Source: a virus | Taxonomy: Duplodnaviria > Caudoviricetes | Virus record (IMG/VR): IMGVR_UViG_3300042013_000103 | Reading direction: 5' to 3' (one strand) | Length of the DNA stretch: 64,000 nucleotides | Shown: positions 46,911 through 57,417 of the stretch, in pieces | How positions within the stretch are numbered: position 1 is the stretch's first letter | Layout of the letters: every line of letters begins with the position of its first letter | Position numbers and translations under genes: made by a program | The notes under the pieces: model-generated | Told to the model about the DNA's origin: nothing | The model's database searches: none | Seen by the model: only the letters and a program-made list of their open reading frames with translations

Positions 46911-47843
46911 ATGTACTTACTTCCATATGAGACTGCAATTTGCCAGAAGCTCTACCCTAAGGTAACTGGTGATATCGTCAATAAGATCAAGCGAGTAGAG
47001 CTTGATATGAAATTGCCAGAAGTCGCTACGCCTCTCGGGTATAAACTCCAGCATGCGGTTTTTGTGACACCGAGTGATGAGCATGAACTGGTGCCACAGT
47101 TCACTCAGTATCTGGACATCGGCACCCCTAAGGACCCCAAACTGGTGATCCATGGTGGGCAGTACATGTCCATCGAGAAACGGACTGGTACATACCGTTT
47201 GGTAGCTTCTGGTGATTGGAAATTACAATGCGTCCGAATGGCCCTCAACATGCACCTGTTAAACGGTGACGAAGCGTTCTTTTCCCGCTTCACGGACCTG
47301 CCGGTGAAAGTCTTTTCGCGCTGGTTGGCGGCGACGCTGACCAAGCAGTACAACCTGGGGATTGAATCCCAGATGGCCATGTACGTCATCGGGGCCTACT
47401 ACTATTACGCCATGTTCACCCCCGAGATGCGTCAACCGGGCGATGACCGGGAACGGGCAGCCATCAACGTGTCCCGGGTGACCGGTGTGCCGATCGACGC
47501 CGTGCTCAACCAACTGACCACCATGGGTCCGTTGCGCAACGTCGACGACCTGTGCCATGAATTCTCCACCAACGCCAACACCATCCGGATCGGCAAGCTG
47601 ACGTCGTCGGCGCTGTTCGTGCTGGTGCACTCCAGTTGGTTCGGGGTGAACGCCCGTGAGAACGTGGCCGTGGCCCTGGAACATTTACCGACCTTCCTGG
47701 CCTTACTGTACATGGCCGTGGACGATCGCTCATACCGTAATTCGGGTTTGACCAGCCGGGTAGAGAACGCCGCCCGGGGCAACGAGATGGCGGTGTTTGT
47801 GGACCTGGTGTCGCGGGCAGTGTCCGACTACTACGTGGAATAA
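46911..47843 (+). CDS. Conserved virion-associated protein (phiKZ gp28 position), 310 aa
   Basis: Synteny; AGGAG RBS. Confidence 0.6.
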   Translation: MYLLPYETAICQKLYPKVTGDIVNKIKRVELDMKLPEVATPLGYKLQHAVFVTPSDEHELVPQFTQYLDIGTPKDPKLVIHGGQYMSIEKRTGTYRLVASGDWKLQCVRMALNMHLLNGDEAFFSRFTDLPVKVFSRWLAATLTKQYNLGIESQMAMYVIGAYYYYAMFTPEMRQPGDDRERAAINVSRVTGVPIDAVLNQLTTMGPLRNVDDLCHEFSTNANTIRIGKLTSSALFVLVHSSWFGVNARENVAVALEHLPTFLALLYMAVDDRSYRNSGLTSRVENAARGNEMAVFVDLVSRAVSDYYVE

Positions 47844-47858
47844 TCGAGGAGCTTCACC

Positions 47859-50528
47859 ATGAACGACTATCTGTTGCGTTACGCAATCGATAACGTTTGG
47901 TGCAACCCAACGATGGATAAACAGTTCGTCTACCAGCTCCGCCAACTGACGCCGAAGTACGGGGTCAGGGGCGCGTGGGGCGTGGACTACGAAACGTACA
48001 CCCTCCCGTCTGCACAAGACTGGTGGCACGTGTACCAGATCGGTTCTGTGATTCCCTCGTTAATGGGCCTGCCCAAACTGTACAATCAGTGGATGTCCTT
48101 GGACCTGCTGGCGAACCAACTGAAAGTCTTGGCGGAAGTCTACGTGTCCTCGGGCATTCAATTCCCCCGGCACCAAACGTACATCTTGATTACCTCGTCC
48201 CAGAACCTGATCGTGGCGGTTCGTGTGAACCCCAAGTTCCCCGACCTGGATACCCACAAACCGTACCTGCACGTGTACTCCAACTCGTTCTACAACTCCA
48301 AGCGTTCGGACCAAGGTCCGTTGTACGAAGTTGTGGTGAAGTCCAAGACCTTTGCGGTGGCAGAAGAAGTGCGCCAGTTCCAAGTGGAGCTGATGGATTT
48401 CATGGCGGCCAAGGGCGGTTACGGTCAGTACTTCGTGAACGGTCGGTTTGTCAACGAGATCTCTCCGGTGACGGCGACGATCGGCGACACGGCGGACTTT
48501 GTCTGGGACAGTTCCATTAAAGGCATGCTGGAGTTTCCAATTGCGAACCTCCCGACCTTTCTCTCGACCCTGGACAGCCAGCGCAAGTACTTGCTGCACC
48601 CCACCGTGCGGGCAACCACCATCGAGTTTTATGACGACGTGGACGCGTACCTGTACAAACCGGGTGCGGTCCCAGGCCGGTTCTCCGGGGTGAGCTACCA
48701 CCACAACGAAGGGAATTGGTTGCGGATGCTAACGCACCAAGATTACTCGTTGCCGGTGGACCGGGTCGTACGGATCGCTGCAGAGCACCCAGAAGACCCG
48801 CGGCACGGAACTGACCCTGTTAGGTGGCCCAGTGACCTATGGCCCTCTGTAGAGCCTCTCACGGTGCGCCTGTACCTGCGGCACTCGGGGTACGAACGGC
48901 CGTTGATCGCAGACAGCTCCCGGATCCAAGAACTCTACCGGTTACCGGACGCGGACATTGTGCGCGCCATGGTGGGGGCTGACTCCACTGCGATCTGGCA
49001 CGCCGCAAAGTTGGAGAACGCCCCGTACGTGCAGTTCATGTCGGCCAGCCCGGATGACATCTTCCCCATTGCGTTCCAACGCCCGGACACTTCCGTTCCG
49101 GAAAAGACCGAGGCGCAGAACTTTGCCGGGGACGTGTTCGGGTACCACGAGGCCGCTCACATCCTCAGTCAGAACCCGTGCCCTATCATCACGGACCAGA
49201 ACGTTCGCTATGCCGAGTTGGCGTACAACTACTGGGAAAACGCCACCATCTTCGAGTACACCGCAGATGGCACGTTGATCAACTATTACTACCACGTGGC
49301 CGGCACCCGGCACCAGATCATCAACCCGTCCTGTGGGCTGGTGGAAGCGATCTCGGGGAAAGGGGGGGAAACCCTGGGGGAAAGCTACGGCTTAGACCCC
49401 GTGCTGATCGGCACCGGTTTTAACTTCCGGGTCTACGTGGCTCCGGTGTGGGCTGGAGTGCCATCGGACGAATGGATCGACATTACCGATTTGCCGAACC
49501 GACATGAGTGGGGGTTCCTGGACGACACCACCGACGTGCACCGTTGGGTGTGGACCGCCAGTGCAGTGAGTTGGTTTGGGATGGTCCGCCGGGACGAACA
49601 GTTCTTGATCAACAGCTACAACTTCAACAAGACCGACGGGGTCATCCGCTTCACCTTGGGGTCGATGGAAACCTACAACACGCAGTACAACTACAAACTG
49701 CTGGAGATTCCGTTCGGGCAACTGGACGTGTTCTGCAACGGCAAGTCGTTGGTGTATGGGTTGGACTTCGTCATCGAAGACATGCAGGTCGTGGTGTCTA
49801 ACCTCAAGTGGCTCACGGACGACGTCAACAAGATCATGTACCGTGGTCATGGGTTCTGCACGCCGGACTTCCAGATGTACGAACCGACGGAGTTGGGGTT
49901 TGTGGAGTACGGGGTGATCTCGAACAACGGGACTTACAACGTGCACCGGCACAAGATGCAGCGCTTGGTGATTGACGGCCGTTACCGCGACCCGGCCACC
50001 GTGCCGTTCGAGGAAGACCGCCAGACCACCACGTTGGATGAGTTGATTGACTCCACACCGTACCAGATCCAAACCCCGCAGTCGCGCTTCCGCGACGTCT
50101 ACGACACGGACAACCAAGCCCGCCTCAAAGACGACGCGATCGACAAAGAAGTCTCGGACTTTATGACCGAGTATTTCCCACAGCGGACCCGACCGAACCC
50201 CGACGTGTTCCGTGAGCATTATTTGGTGTTCTCGGTGTTCTCCAACAAGATCCTGGCCGACCTGGTCGCTGGGCGGTTGAACCCACCGGAAATCATTGGC
50301 TTTTACTCCGACGAACAGATTCGTGTGTGGTTGAAACGCTACGAGTGGCTCGTGCCGTATGACATCGTCAACCGGGGCTATAACCACAACCACGTGAAGG
50401 TCTACCCGCATTGGCACGTCAATCCTGTAGGACTGAACCGCTACCAAATAGCGTTCTTCAAACGGATACTCGGGCTGTACTTGCGTGAACCCATGGATCT
50501 GGCTCCCTTCATCTATCAAACGGGGTAA
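47859..50528 (+). CDS. Large virion structural protein, baseplate region (phiKZ gp27-like), 889 aa
   Basis: YLLRYAIDNVWCNP N-terminus; synteny. Confidence 0.7.
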   Translation: MNDYLLRYAIDNVWCNPTMDKQFVYQLRQLTPKYGVRGAWGVDYETYTLPSAQDWWHVYQIGSVIPSLMGLPKLYNQWMSLDLLANQLKVLAEVYVSSGIQFPRHQTYILITSSQNLIVAVRVNPKFPDLDTHKPYLHVYSNSFYNSKRSDQGPLYEVVVKSKTFAVAEEVRQFQVELMDFMAAKGGYGQYFVNGRFVNEISPVTATIGDTADFVWDSSIKGMLEFPIANLPTFLSTLDSQRKYLLHPTVRATTIEFYDDVDAYLYKPGAVPGRFSGVSYHHNEGNWLRMLTHQDYSLPVDRVVRIAAEHPEDPRHGTDPVRWPSDLWPSVEPLTVRLYLRHSGYERPLIADSSRIQELYRLPDADIVRAMVGADSTAIWHAAKLENAPYVQFMSASPDDIFPIAFQRPDTSVPEKTEAQNFAGDVFGYHEAAHILSQNPCPIITDQNVRYAELAYNYWENATIFEYTADGTLINYYYHVAGTRHQIINPSCGLVEAISGKGGETLGESYGLDPVLIGTGFNFRVYVAPVWAGVPSDEWIDITDLPNRHEWGFLDDTTDVHRWVWTASAVSWFGMVRRDEQFLINSYNFNKTDGVIRFTLGSMETYNTQYNYKLLEIPFGQLDVFCNGKSLVYGLDFVIEDMQVVVSNLKWLTDDVNKIMYRGHGFCTPDFQMYEPTELGFVEYGVISNNGTYNVHRHKMQRLVIDGRYRDPATVPFEEDRQTTTLDELIDSTPYQIQTPQSRFRDVYDTDNQARLKDDAIDKEVSDFMTEYFPQRTRPNPDVFREHYLVFSVFSNKILADLVAGRLNPPEIIGFYSDEQIRVWLKRYEWLVPYDIVNRGYNHNHVKVYPHWHVNPVGLNRYQIAFFKRILGLYLREPMDLAPFIYQTG

Positions 50529-50534
50529 TGACTA

Positions 50535-52202
50535 ATGTTCCCAGTCGGTCAAACTTTTACCAACAGCAACTTCCGGGACCCCAACCGGGGTTTCCGGATC
50601 TGGGGGCGCGGCGAAATCGTTTCGGTCCCCGGCCAAGTCGACAAATACTGGCCCAACAAAGACGACCTGGTGTTCGACCCGTTGAACGGGTTTGAGATCG
50701 TGGTCGCGGTGGACCAAACCACAGGGATGTCGGACCTCATTCCGTGGTACCCACCGACGGAACCGACCGGTGACGCCAACGACATGCTGGTGGCCGTTGG
50801 CCCAGGCTACCCGTCGGAATCGTTCCGGATGTTCTTGGACACGTCCACCACGCCGTTCACCTTGACCCCGGATGACCGCCTGCACGCGTACAGTTCGTTG
50901 GCGGACTATTACTTGGTGTTCTTGGGTTCGGACATTTCGGACGCCACGGGCAAAGTGATCTCGGCGTACTACGACGGGTCCCTGACTTACCTTGGCCCGG
51001 AAGTGCCGTTTGAATCCGTGCCGGTCGAAGGCCCGGTGCAAACGGTGATCAAAGCGCACCTGCCGGCCTTTACCTCGGAACGCTTGGCAGACAACGAGCT
51101 TGTGACCATCGTGCACTACAACGCACAGAGTGGTCCCACGTCCAAGGCCCAGCTGCTGATCATGAACTCCGCGGCCATCCGTCGCTCGGACACGTCGAAG
51201 AAATACGTGAAGTCGATCAAGATCGATTCCCCGTACATCAACTCGGCGGAACCGCGCGTGATTGAGTTCCCGTTGAACGTGACCGTGGAATCGCTGCCAA
51301 TGACCTTGGTGGTGACCTACCGTGACGGCAAAACGAACCGGATGAACATGGACAACACCGTGGCGTTCTTGCACGGGTTGAACAACTACATCGCCACGGA
51401 AGTCGGTCAAGAGTTTGCCCTCGAAGCCGCCTACCAACTCGCCGAAGACGAAATCGCTTACGGGCTCACCCCTACGGCGAACCGTCGGATTGTCGAGTCG
51501 TACATTGCCCGCACGGGCCCAGTGGACGGGGCGTACGAATGTCGTTTGTTCGTGTACCCAGTGTGGGTGTCGGACCTGATCGGTTACCGGTTGGAATTCT
51601 GGCTGTACAACATGGACCGTTCGACGTTCTACAACGTGACGTCGAAAATGGTCTTGGGCCAAACGTCCCGGCCGTTCGACCCTGTGTCCTACGGCACCTT
51701 GCAGTCCCTGACCTACAGCGTGAACCTCAACGCCGTGGACGGGCGCTTCCTGCCGTTCCAATTCGTCAGCAAGTTCCAGATTGCGTTGCTGCAACCGGGT
51801 TCCAACCGCACAGCGAACTGGGAAGTCTTCTCGCGTCCAGACCAAGCTTCGGCGTACGGTCGGGATTTGAAAGGCGACATGGAGTACCTGAACGCCAACC
51901 TGTGGAACCTGCGCTTGGCCAACGGGGCACAAACCAAAGAAGACTGGCTGCGGAAGATGTACTACGGGGCCGAGCCTTTGGTCAACCCAGAGCTCGAAGT
52001 CACGGCGCCGATCCCGACGCACTTCCGTGTGGTGCTGCTGCATAACACCTACGAGTTCTCGGTCAATCAGTGGAACGAAGTGTTGAAAGTGAACGAGGCC
52101 GTGGCCGATGGGGAACTGGTGTACCTCCAGTGGATCCAGCGCACGGCATTGAACGATTTGCAGTTGGCAATGACTGCAGTTCCTTCGCTGCAACGCGTGT
52201 AA
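50535..52202 (+). CDS. Virion structural protein (phiKZ gp26-like), 555 aa
   Basis: Synteny between gp27-like gene and terminase. Confidence 0.65.
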   Translation: MFPVGQTFTNSNFRDPNRGFRIWGRGEIVSVPGQVDKYWPNKDDLVFDPLNGFEIVVAVDQTTGMSDLIPWYPPTEPTGDANDMLVAVGPGYPSESFRMFLDTSTTPFTLTPDDRLHAYSSLADYYLVFLGSDISDATGKVISAYYDGSLTYLGPEVPFESVPVEGPVQTVIKAHLPAFTSERLADNELVTIVHYNAQSGPTSKAQLLIMNSAAIRRSDTSKKYVKSIKIDSPYINSAEPRVIEFPLNVTVESLPMTLVVTYRDGKTNRMNMDNTVAFLHGLNNYIATEVGQEFALEAAYQLAEDEIAYGLTPTANRRIVESYIARTGPVDGAYECRLFVYPVWVSDLIGYRLEFWLYNMDRSTFYNVTSKMVLGQTSRPFDPVSYGTLQSLTYSVNLNAVDGRFLPFQFVSKFQIALLQPGSNRTANWEVFSRPDQASAYGRDLKGDMEYLNANLWNLRLANGAQTKEDWLRKMYYGAEPLVNPELEVTAPIPTHFRVVLLHNTYEFSVNQWNEVLKVNEAVADGELVYLQWIQRTALNDLQLAMTAVPSLQRV

Positions 52203-52210
52203 CGCACGAC

Positions 52211-52240
52211 GCCCCTGCCTTCGGGTAGGGGCTTTATGCC
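52211..52240 (+). terminator. Hairpin terminator
   Basis: gcccctgcc-ttcg-ggtaggggc-tttatgcc. Confidence 0.7.
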
Positions 52241-52296
52241 ATCTCAGGGGAGCAATGCTATAGACCTTATTCGAACGCATAGAGCGGAATACCTAT

Positions 52297-54501
52297 ATGC
52301 AATTACCTCCTTACAGCAAGAAGGGCATGTTGCCTGTCCTGTTCCAATCCGATTATGACCTGTACCCGACGGCCATTTGGGATTGGAAAACCACCAACAA
52401 ATCGTTTCTGAAACTGGTGGATTTGTACGAGAATGAAATGGGGATCAAGAACTCCCGGTTCATTCTGACGTTGCTCCAGCCGGAACTGCAGGGCGTGGAC
52501 CCTTACGCCGAAGACCTGACCAAGCACCAGAAATGGATGATTGCGATGGAGTGCAAGTTCAACCCGTGGTACGTGTTCCGGGAAGTCATCCGGATTCCGG
52601 CTACTTCCGGTTCGGTGCCGATTCGTTTCAAGGCCAACCGTGGCAACATCGCGTTGTTTTGGAGTTTCTTTAACCACGTGGACTTTGCCTTGCTCCAGCC
52701 GCGTCAGACCGGTAAGTCGGTGTCGACGGACTGTTTGAACACTGGCATCATGTTCATCTGGGGCGAGAAGACCACGATCAACCTGATCACCAAAGACTCC
52801 AAACTGCGCGAAGCCAACATTGAACGCCTGAAAGACATGCGGGATCTGTTGCCCCCGTACATCTTCGAAACCACCCGCAACGACGCCGACACCAAAGACC
52901 TGTTGACCGCAGTGATCCACGGCAACAAGTACAAGACCGCTGTGGGTCGTTCGGACAAACGTGCCGCGGATAAACTCGGTCGTGGTTTGACCGTACCCAT
53001 CATGCACTTCGACGAATTGGCGTACATCGAGAACATTGAAGCATCTCTCGGTGTGGCCCTGGCATCCGGTTCGGCAGCACGCGGTCAAGCGGCGGAGCAA
53101 GGTCAACCGTACGGCAACGTGTACACCACAACAGCGGGCGACATCACCACCCGTGACGGCGGTTACGCTCACGAGTTCATGACCTCCGGTGCGGTGTGGA
53201 CCGAGTCGTGGTTTGACCTGAGGGATAACGCGCAACTGGTTAAAGTCGTGGACAAAGAGAAGGTTGGGAAGAAGCGCCTGATCTACGGAGCGTTCAACCA
53301 CCGGCAACTGGGCAAAACCGACGCATGGCTCTACAAAGAACTGGCGGACTCCAACCAGCGGGGCGAATTGGCCGACCGTGACTTCTTCAACATCTGGACC
53401 TTGGGCGGTGAAGGTTCCCCGTTGAACTTCGAGGACAAGAAACTGCTGCGCGGGTCCCTGCGCGAACCGGCGTTCACCGAGATCACCCCCGACGGGTACA
53501 CTGTGCGTTGGTACATCCCACGGCACCAGGTGGAAGCCCGGATGCAGACGGGTCGGTTTGTCATGGGCATCGACCCTTCGGAACTGTTGGGCCAAGACAA
53601 CGACGCCACCGGCATGGTGATGATCGACGTCGAGACGCACGAAATCGTGGCTTCTGGGCGGTACAACGAAACGCTGATCCCCATGCTGGCTAACTTCATG
53701 GGTAGCATGCTGATCAAGTACCCGAACATCCTGTTTGTCCCAGAACGCAAGTCGACGGGGAGTTCGATCATCGACATGATTGTGATCATGCTGGCGAAAG
53801 TGGGCATCGATCCATTCAAACGCATCTTTAACCGGATCGTGGATGAATCCGGTATCCTCAAGACCGAGTTCGCGGAAATCCACACGCCGATGGCCCACCG
53901 TCCACCGGACTTCTACGACCGCTTCAAACGTCACTTCGGGTTCAACACCTCGGGCAGTGGTCGTTACAGCCGGAACGCGTTGTACTTGGAAGCGTTGCCG
54001 TCTTCGATGATCTACGGTGCCCGTCGCATGCACGACACCACACTGGTGAACGAGTTGTTGGGCTTGACCATCCGCAATGGCCGGATCGACCACAAACGCG
54101 GCAACCACGATGACATGGTGGTGTCGATGCTGTTGGCGCACTGGGTGCTGATCCGTGGCGAGAACCTCGGGTACTACGGCATTAACGTGTCGGTGTTCTC
54201 CAAGGCGAAAACGCAGGACCATGAGCCGACTAACATCGAACGCTACAAAACCGAGAAGATGGACCGGGAGAAAGCGGAGTTTGAAGAACTGATGGAGCAG
54301 CTGAAGAAAGAAGGTAACCAACTGGTGGCCATGAAGCTGGAATTGCGCCTGCGTGCACTCTCTCGCCGTGTGAACGTTGAAGAGACCGTAGGGGTGGGCA
54401 TTGACGCCATGTTGAAACAAGCCCGGGACGAACGGACACGTCGGGTGCGGACTGCACGGTTCGGCAGCAACAGCGGCCAACCACAGCGTTTCGCGGCATA
54501 A
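52297..54501 (+). CDS. terL: Large terminase subunit, 734 aa
   Basis: Walker A PRQTGKS, Walker B MHFDE, nuclease MGIDPS and HDD. Confidence 0.9.
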   Translation: MQLPPYSKKGMLPVLFQSDYDLYPTAIWDWKTTNKSFLKLVDLYENEMGIKNSRFILTLLQPELQGVDPYAEDLTKHQKWMIAMECKFNPWYVFREVIRIPATSGSVPIRFKANRGNIALFWSFFNHVDFALLQPRQTGKSVSTDCLNTGIMFIWGEKTTINLITKDSKLREANIERLKDMRDLLPPYIFETTRNDADTKDLLTAVIHGNKYKTAVGRSDKRAADKLGRGLTVPIMHFDELAYIENIEASLGVALASGSAARGQAAEQGQPYGNVYTTTAGDITTRDGGYAHEFMTSGAVWTESWFDLRDNAQLVKVVDKEKVGKKRLIYGAFNHRQLGKTDAWLYKELADSNQRGELADRDFFNIWTLGGEGSPLNFEDKKLLRGSLREPAFTEITPDGYTVRWYIPRHQVEARMQTGRFVMGIDPSELLGQDNDATGMVMIDVETHEIVASGRYNETLIPMLANFMGSMLIKYPNILFVPERKSTGSSIIDMIVIMLAKVGIDPFKRIFNRIVDESGILKTEFAEIHTPMAHRPPDFYDRFKRHFGFNTSGSGRYSRNALYLEALPSSMIYGARRMHDTTLVNELLGLTIRNGRIDHKRGNHDDMVVSMLLAHWVLIRGENLGYYGINVSVFSKAKTQDHEPTNIERYKTEKMDREKAEFEELMEQLKKEGNQLVAMKLELRLRALSRRVNVEETVGVGIDAMLKQARDERTRRVRTARFGSNSGQPQRFAA

Positions 54502-54511
54502 TAGCAAAATC

Positions 54512-54540
54512 AGCCTTCTCCCGCAAAGGAGAAGGCTTTA
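54512..54540. terminator. Bidirectional hairpin terminator
   Basis: agccttctcc-cgcaaa-ggagaaggcttta between convergent genes. Confidence 0.7.
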
Positions 54541-54545
54541 TTTCG

Positions 54546-55022
54546 TCACGCGGCCTCGGCTTCGAACTGCACCTTCAATGGACTGACGGCAGAACGGCCT
54601 GGGCGACGCACGATGCGGTACGCGTCCACACCGGCCTGGATGGTCACCCGACGCCACGGCTTCACTTCCAACACGCGCATGGCCTCGTACAGGATCCGAT
54701 CCACTTCGGCGCGGTCGATGTCCACCCGGGTTTCCACGCCGTTAATGCGGTGGATGATGTACATGTTCTCGCACAACCAATCGTGCAACGTCGTCGCTTG
54801 ACCGTACTCGCCCCAGGCAGGGATCAGCCAGGTGAACAAGAAGGGCACGGAAGCCCCGTCGGTGAGGAACCCTTTAGGGATGTCCACCCATTTGTCCGAG
54901 TCAAACGACCCGATGTAGTACCGGAAGGCTTTCACCCGCCAGTAGTCTTTGTGCAGTGCGAGCGAAGCTTCTCGGTCGTACGTGGTGTCCAGCGAACCGG
55001 TAAAGCGTGTAAACGTACTCAT
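54546..55022 (-). CDS. DUF1353-family protein, 158 aa
   Basis: IPKGFLTDGASVP...WGEYGQATTLHDWLC...DRILYEAM. Confidence 0.8.
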   Translation of the reverse strand: MSTFTRFTGSLDTTYDREASLALHKDYWRVKAFRYYIGSFDSDKWVDIPKGFLTDGASVPFLFTWLIPAWGEYGQATTLHDWLCENMYIIHRINGVETRVDIDRAEVDRILYEAMRVLEVKPWRRVTIQAGVDAYRIVRRPGRSAVSPLKVQFEAEAA

Positions 55023-55098
55023 GGTGTTACTCCATTCCCCGTAACAAAGTGTTACAAAAAATAAAGGCATAAAGCCCCACCCGAAGGTGAGGCCCTAT

Positions 55099-55680
55099 TT
55101 ATTCGGTTCCACCAAAGCAACGGGACGCAATCCAGTTCAGGCTGTAACGGGCCAGGTTGGGATGTGTCGGGGCAGTGACCCCGTTATAGAGTTGCCGATC
55201 CCGGGCCTTCAGGGGGATGCACGTGAGGTCACAGGTCTGCACGTGGGCCATGAACAACATAAGGTCAGCTTGGGCCTCGACGGGCAACTCGTGCTGGGAC
55301 AAGTAGGCCACGTTCTTTAAGCCTGTCTGCAGCGGCTCAGCGATGTAGTCAATGGTTCGCCAAGTCGCGGTCCGTCGTTGGTAATGGTAACTCCCCGTGG
55401 GCATGCAACACCCGCTGTCCTGTTCCAACAAGTCCAACAACTTGGTCAACATGGCACCCCCTAAGGAATCGGTGCGGGTGACCTGTTCCTTGGTGTCCAC
55501 CAGGTTCACCGACACCCGCACCATGTAAGCGCGGTAGTCCATCTGGACGGCGATCGATGCAATCCGGCCGGGGTAACACTCGTCCTCGTCCAGGAAGCTG
55601 TTGTCCTGGTCCAAGATTTGAATCAGTTTTTCGTGAAACGCATCAAGGTCCAGGTGACCTTCGGGCAAAGAACGAAACAT
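55099..55680 (-). CDS. Hypothetical protein, 193 aa
   Basis: ORF in DHFR operon; hairpin 55066-55099 after stop. Confidence 0.55.
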   Translation of the reverse strand: MFRSLPEGHLDLDAFHEKLIQILDQDNSFLDEDECYPGRIASIAVQMDYRAYMVRVSVNLVDTKEQVTRTDSLGGAMLTKLLDLLEQDSGCCMPTGSYHYQRRTATWRTIDYIAEPLQTGLKNVAYLSQHELPVEAQADLMLFMAHVQTCDLTCIPLKARDRQLYNGVTAPTHPNLARYSLNWIASRCFGGTE

Positions 55681-55694
55681 ATAACTACCCCTTG

Positions 55695-56036
55695 TTACGG
55701 CAGGATGATTTCAATACGGGTAAGTCCCCGTCCGGCTTCGAACGTGAGCTCACGGAAGTTCTTCGGCAGCACCTGCTCGAACAAGTCACCCAAGGTGGCC
55801 AACATGTGGGTCTCCATGTCGACACTAAGGTCGTCGATCGCCCTTTCCGTTAAGGGGACGGTTACCTCAAACTCGGTGTGGTACACCGTAAGGAGCTTTA
55901 CCACAAAGGAATCCTGGCGCAGAAACTTAACGGTAATGCCCTTGTACTCGCATTCGTCCATCTCGAACTTAGCGAAGTCCCTCGGGTTGTAGCGGCGCAG
56001 CACGTCCAGGACTTGGACTGTAAAAATGGTACCCAT
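55695..56036 (-). CDS. Hypothetical protein, 113 aa
   Basis: ORF in DHFR operon. Confidence 0.55.
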   Translation of the reverse strand: MGTIFTVQVLDVLRRYNPRDFAKFEMDECEYKGITVKFLRQDSFVVKLLTVYHTEFEVTVPLTERAIDDLSVDMETHMLATLGDLFEQVLPKNFRELTFEAGRGLTRIEIILP

Positions 56037-56038
56037 GC

Positions 56039-56530
56039 TCAGGTTCGCCTTGTGTAGTGTTCGAAATTAAACGTGATCGGGAACTGGCCTTGGGTGGGGG
56101 ATTGCGAGGCTAAGGCCCAAACCGCCGGGTCGACGACTTCGTCAAAGAACGCATCGCCGTCGTCCACGTCAAAATTAACCCGGGTGATGTACATGTCACT
56201 CACCAACTCACGGGCTTCTTTATACAGCCGTTCGCCACCGATGACGAAGAGCTTCTCGTGCAGCAGGTCTTCGGCCAGGTTTTTGGCCTGCTCCAAACTC
56301 GTGGCGTGGATCACCCCCGCGACTCCCGGGTCTTGACCGCATACCACGAAGTTAGTGCGGTTGGGAAGGGCTCTGCCGATCGATTCCAGCGTCTTCCGTC
56401 CTTCCACCACCGCGTGGCCTGTGGTCAATGCACGGAAGTACCTCAGGTCTTCTGAGAGCTTCCACGGGATGTCGCCGGCTTTACCGATAACACCGTTGTT
56501 GCTAACTGCTACGATCAGGCAGAGTTTCAT
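56039..56530 (-). CDS. folA: Dihydrofolate reductase, 163 aa
   Basis: VIGKAGDIPWKLSEDLRYF, GRKTLESI, LPNRTN, VIGG, GDAFF. Confidence 0.95.
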   Translation of the reverse strand: MKLCLIVAVSNNGVIGKAGDIPWKLSEDLRYFRALTTGHAVVEGRKTLESIGRALPNRTNFVVCGQDPGVAGVIHATSLEQAKNLAEDLLHEKLFVIGGERLYKEARELVSDMYITRVNFDVDDGDAFFDEVVDPAVWALASQSPTQGQFPITFNFEHYTRRT

Positions 56531-56533
56531 GGG

Positions 56534-57079
56534 TTAGTCCTGTGAGCGGAATTTAATGGCACCCCGATCGAACACAAATTCGAAGTCGGTGTTGTAGTTG
56601 TGGCGAGCGCCGAGCAGCTGGTCGCTTTGGTTGACAATCACACCCAGCAGGGCCACCCCGGCAAACGCACCTATGTTCGGGACGTGGTACTCGAACACCA
56701 CTTCTTTCCCGGTGGTGCTGTTCTCACGGAGATCCGCTAAAGGCGCACTCAACCCCGTGAGTTTGATGAACTGGCCCATGGCCGAGTAATGGATCTTGTA
56801 CACCGCCACCCCGCGACCTTGGTCTTGCAATGCGATCAGGTCTTGTAGCTGGTACTGGTACGCCACGAACTGCAGCGGCGAGATGTTCAGCTGCGTCGGG
56901 TGGGTACCGCCCATGATCGCCCCGAAGTTCATCAACTGCTGCACCGTGAGCGTGTGCTGAATACCGGCTTGCCCTTCAACCCGCACGTAGTTACGCACGG
57001 CAACACTGCCATCGGGTTCGTTGTTGATCATCGAGAGCACGATGTCGTCGAAGATGTTCTGGGTTTCTTGGATGCTCAT
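56534..57079 (-). CDS. Hypothetical 181-aa protein, candidate ChmB (gp2-like) by synteny
   Basis: Lies between nrdA and DHFR, as gp2/ChmB does in Pseudomonas jumbo phages; not sequence-confirmed. Confidence 0.35.
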   Translation of the reverse strand: MSIQETQNIFDDIVLSMINNEPDGSVAVRNYVRVEGQAGIQHTLTVQQLMNFGAIMGGTHPTQLNISPLQFVAYQYQLQDLIALQDQGRGVAVYKIHYSAMGQFIKLTGLSAPLADLRENSTTGKEVVFEYHVPNIGAFAGVALLGVIVNQSDQLLGARHNYNTDFEFVFDRGAIKFRSQD

Positions 57080-57417
57080 TGGGTAGCCTTTACGAGTTGA
57101 AATTGTTTTTCGAAGCTTTTCTTTTCATGGCGGCGGTACGCCACGATTTTGCCTTGTTGGTCACGCACTGTGACAATGTAGTCACCAGGGCACACGCGCT
57201 CAGTGCCGCACAGCTGATCATTAGGCAAAGGCACCAGCCGACCATGGTCATGACCAGCCTGATTGCACTTGACACAGAGTGTTGGAACTTTCCAGCTGCC
57301 ATAGCGCACCACCTGACCTTCTTGACTGGGATTGCTCACTTGGTCCATGGGGTGATCCCCGTTCTTAAACCACACGTGAGCCTCTAAGGTATCTGGGATG
57401 CGTGTATAAAGAGGCAT
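57076..57417 (-). CDS. Widespread phage protein with CxxC..HxHG and VCPGDY motifs, 113 aa
   Basis: WFKNGDHP, CVKC, HDHG, VCPGDYIV. Confidence 0.6.
   Translation of the reverse strand: MPLYTRIPDTLEAHVWFKNGDHPMDQVSNPSQEGQVVRYGSWKVPTLCVKCNQAGHDHGRLVPLPNDQLCGTERVCPGDYIVTVRDQQGKIVAYRRHEKKSFEKQFQLVKATQ

Noticed and set aside
46783-47240. AT-rich patch suggesting foreign DNA
   Set aside because: It corresponds to a divergent promoter region and the 5' end of a core gene; the frame continues without a break
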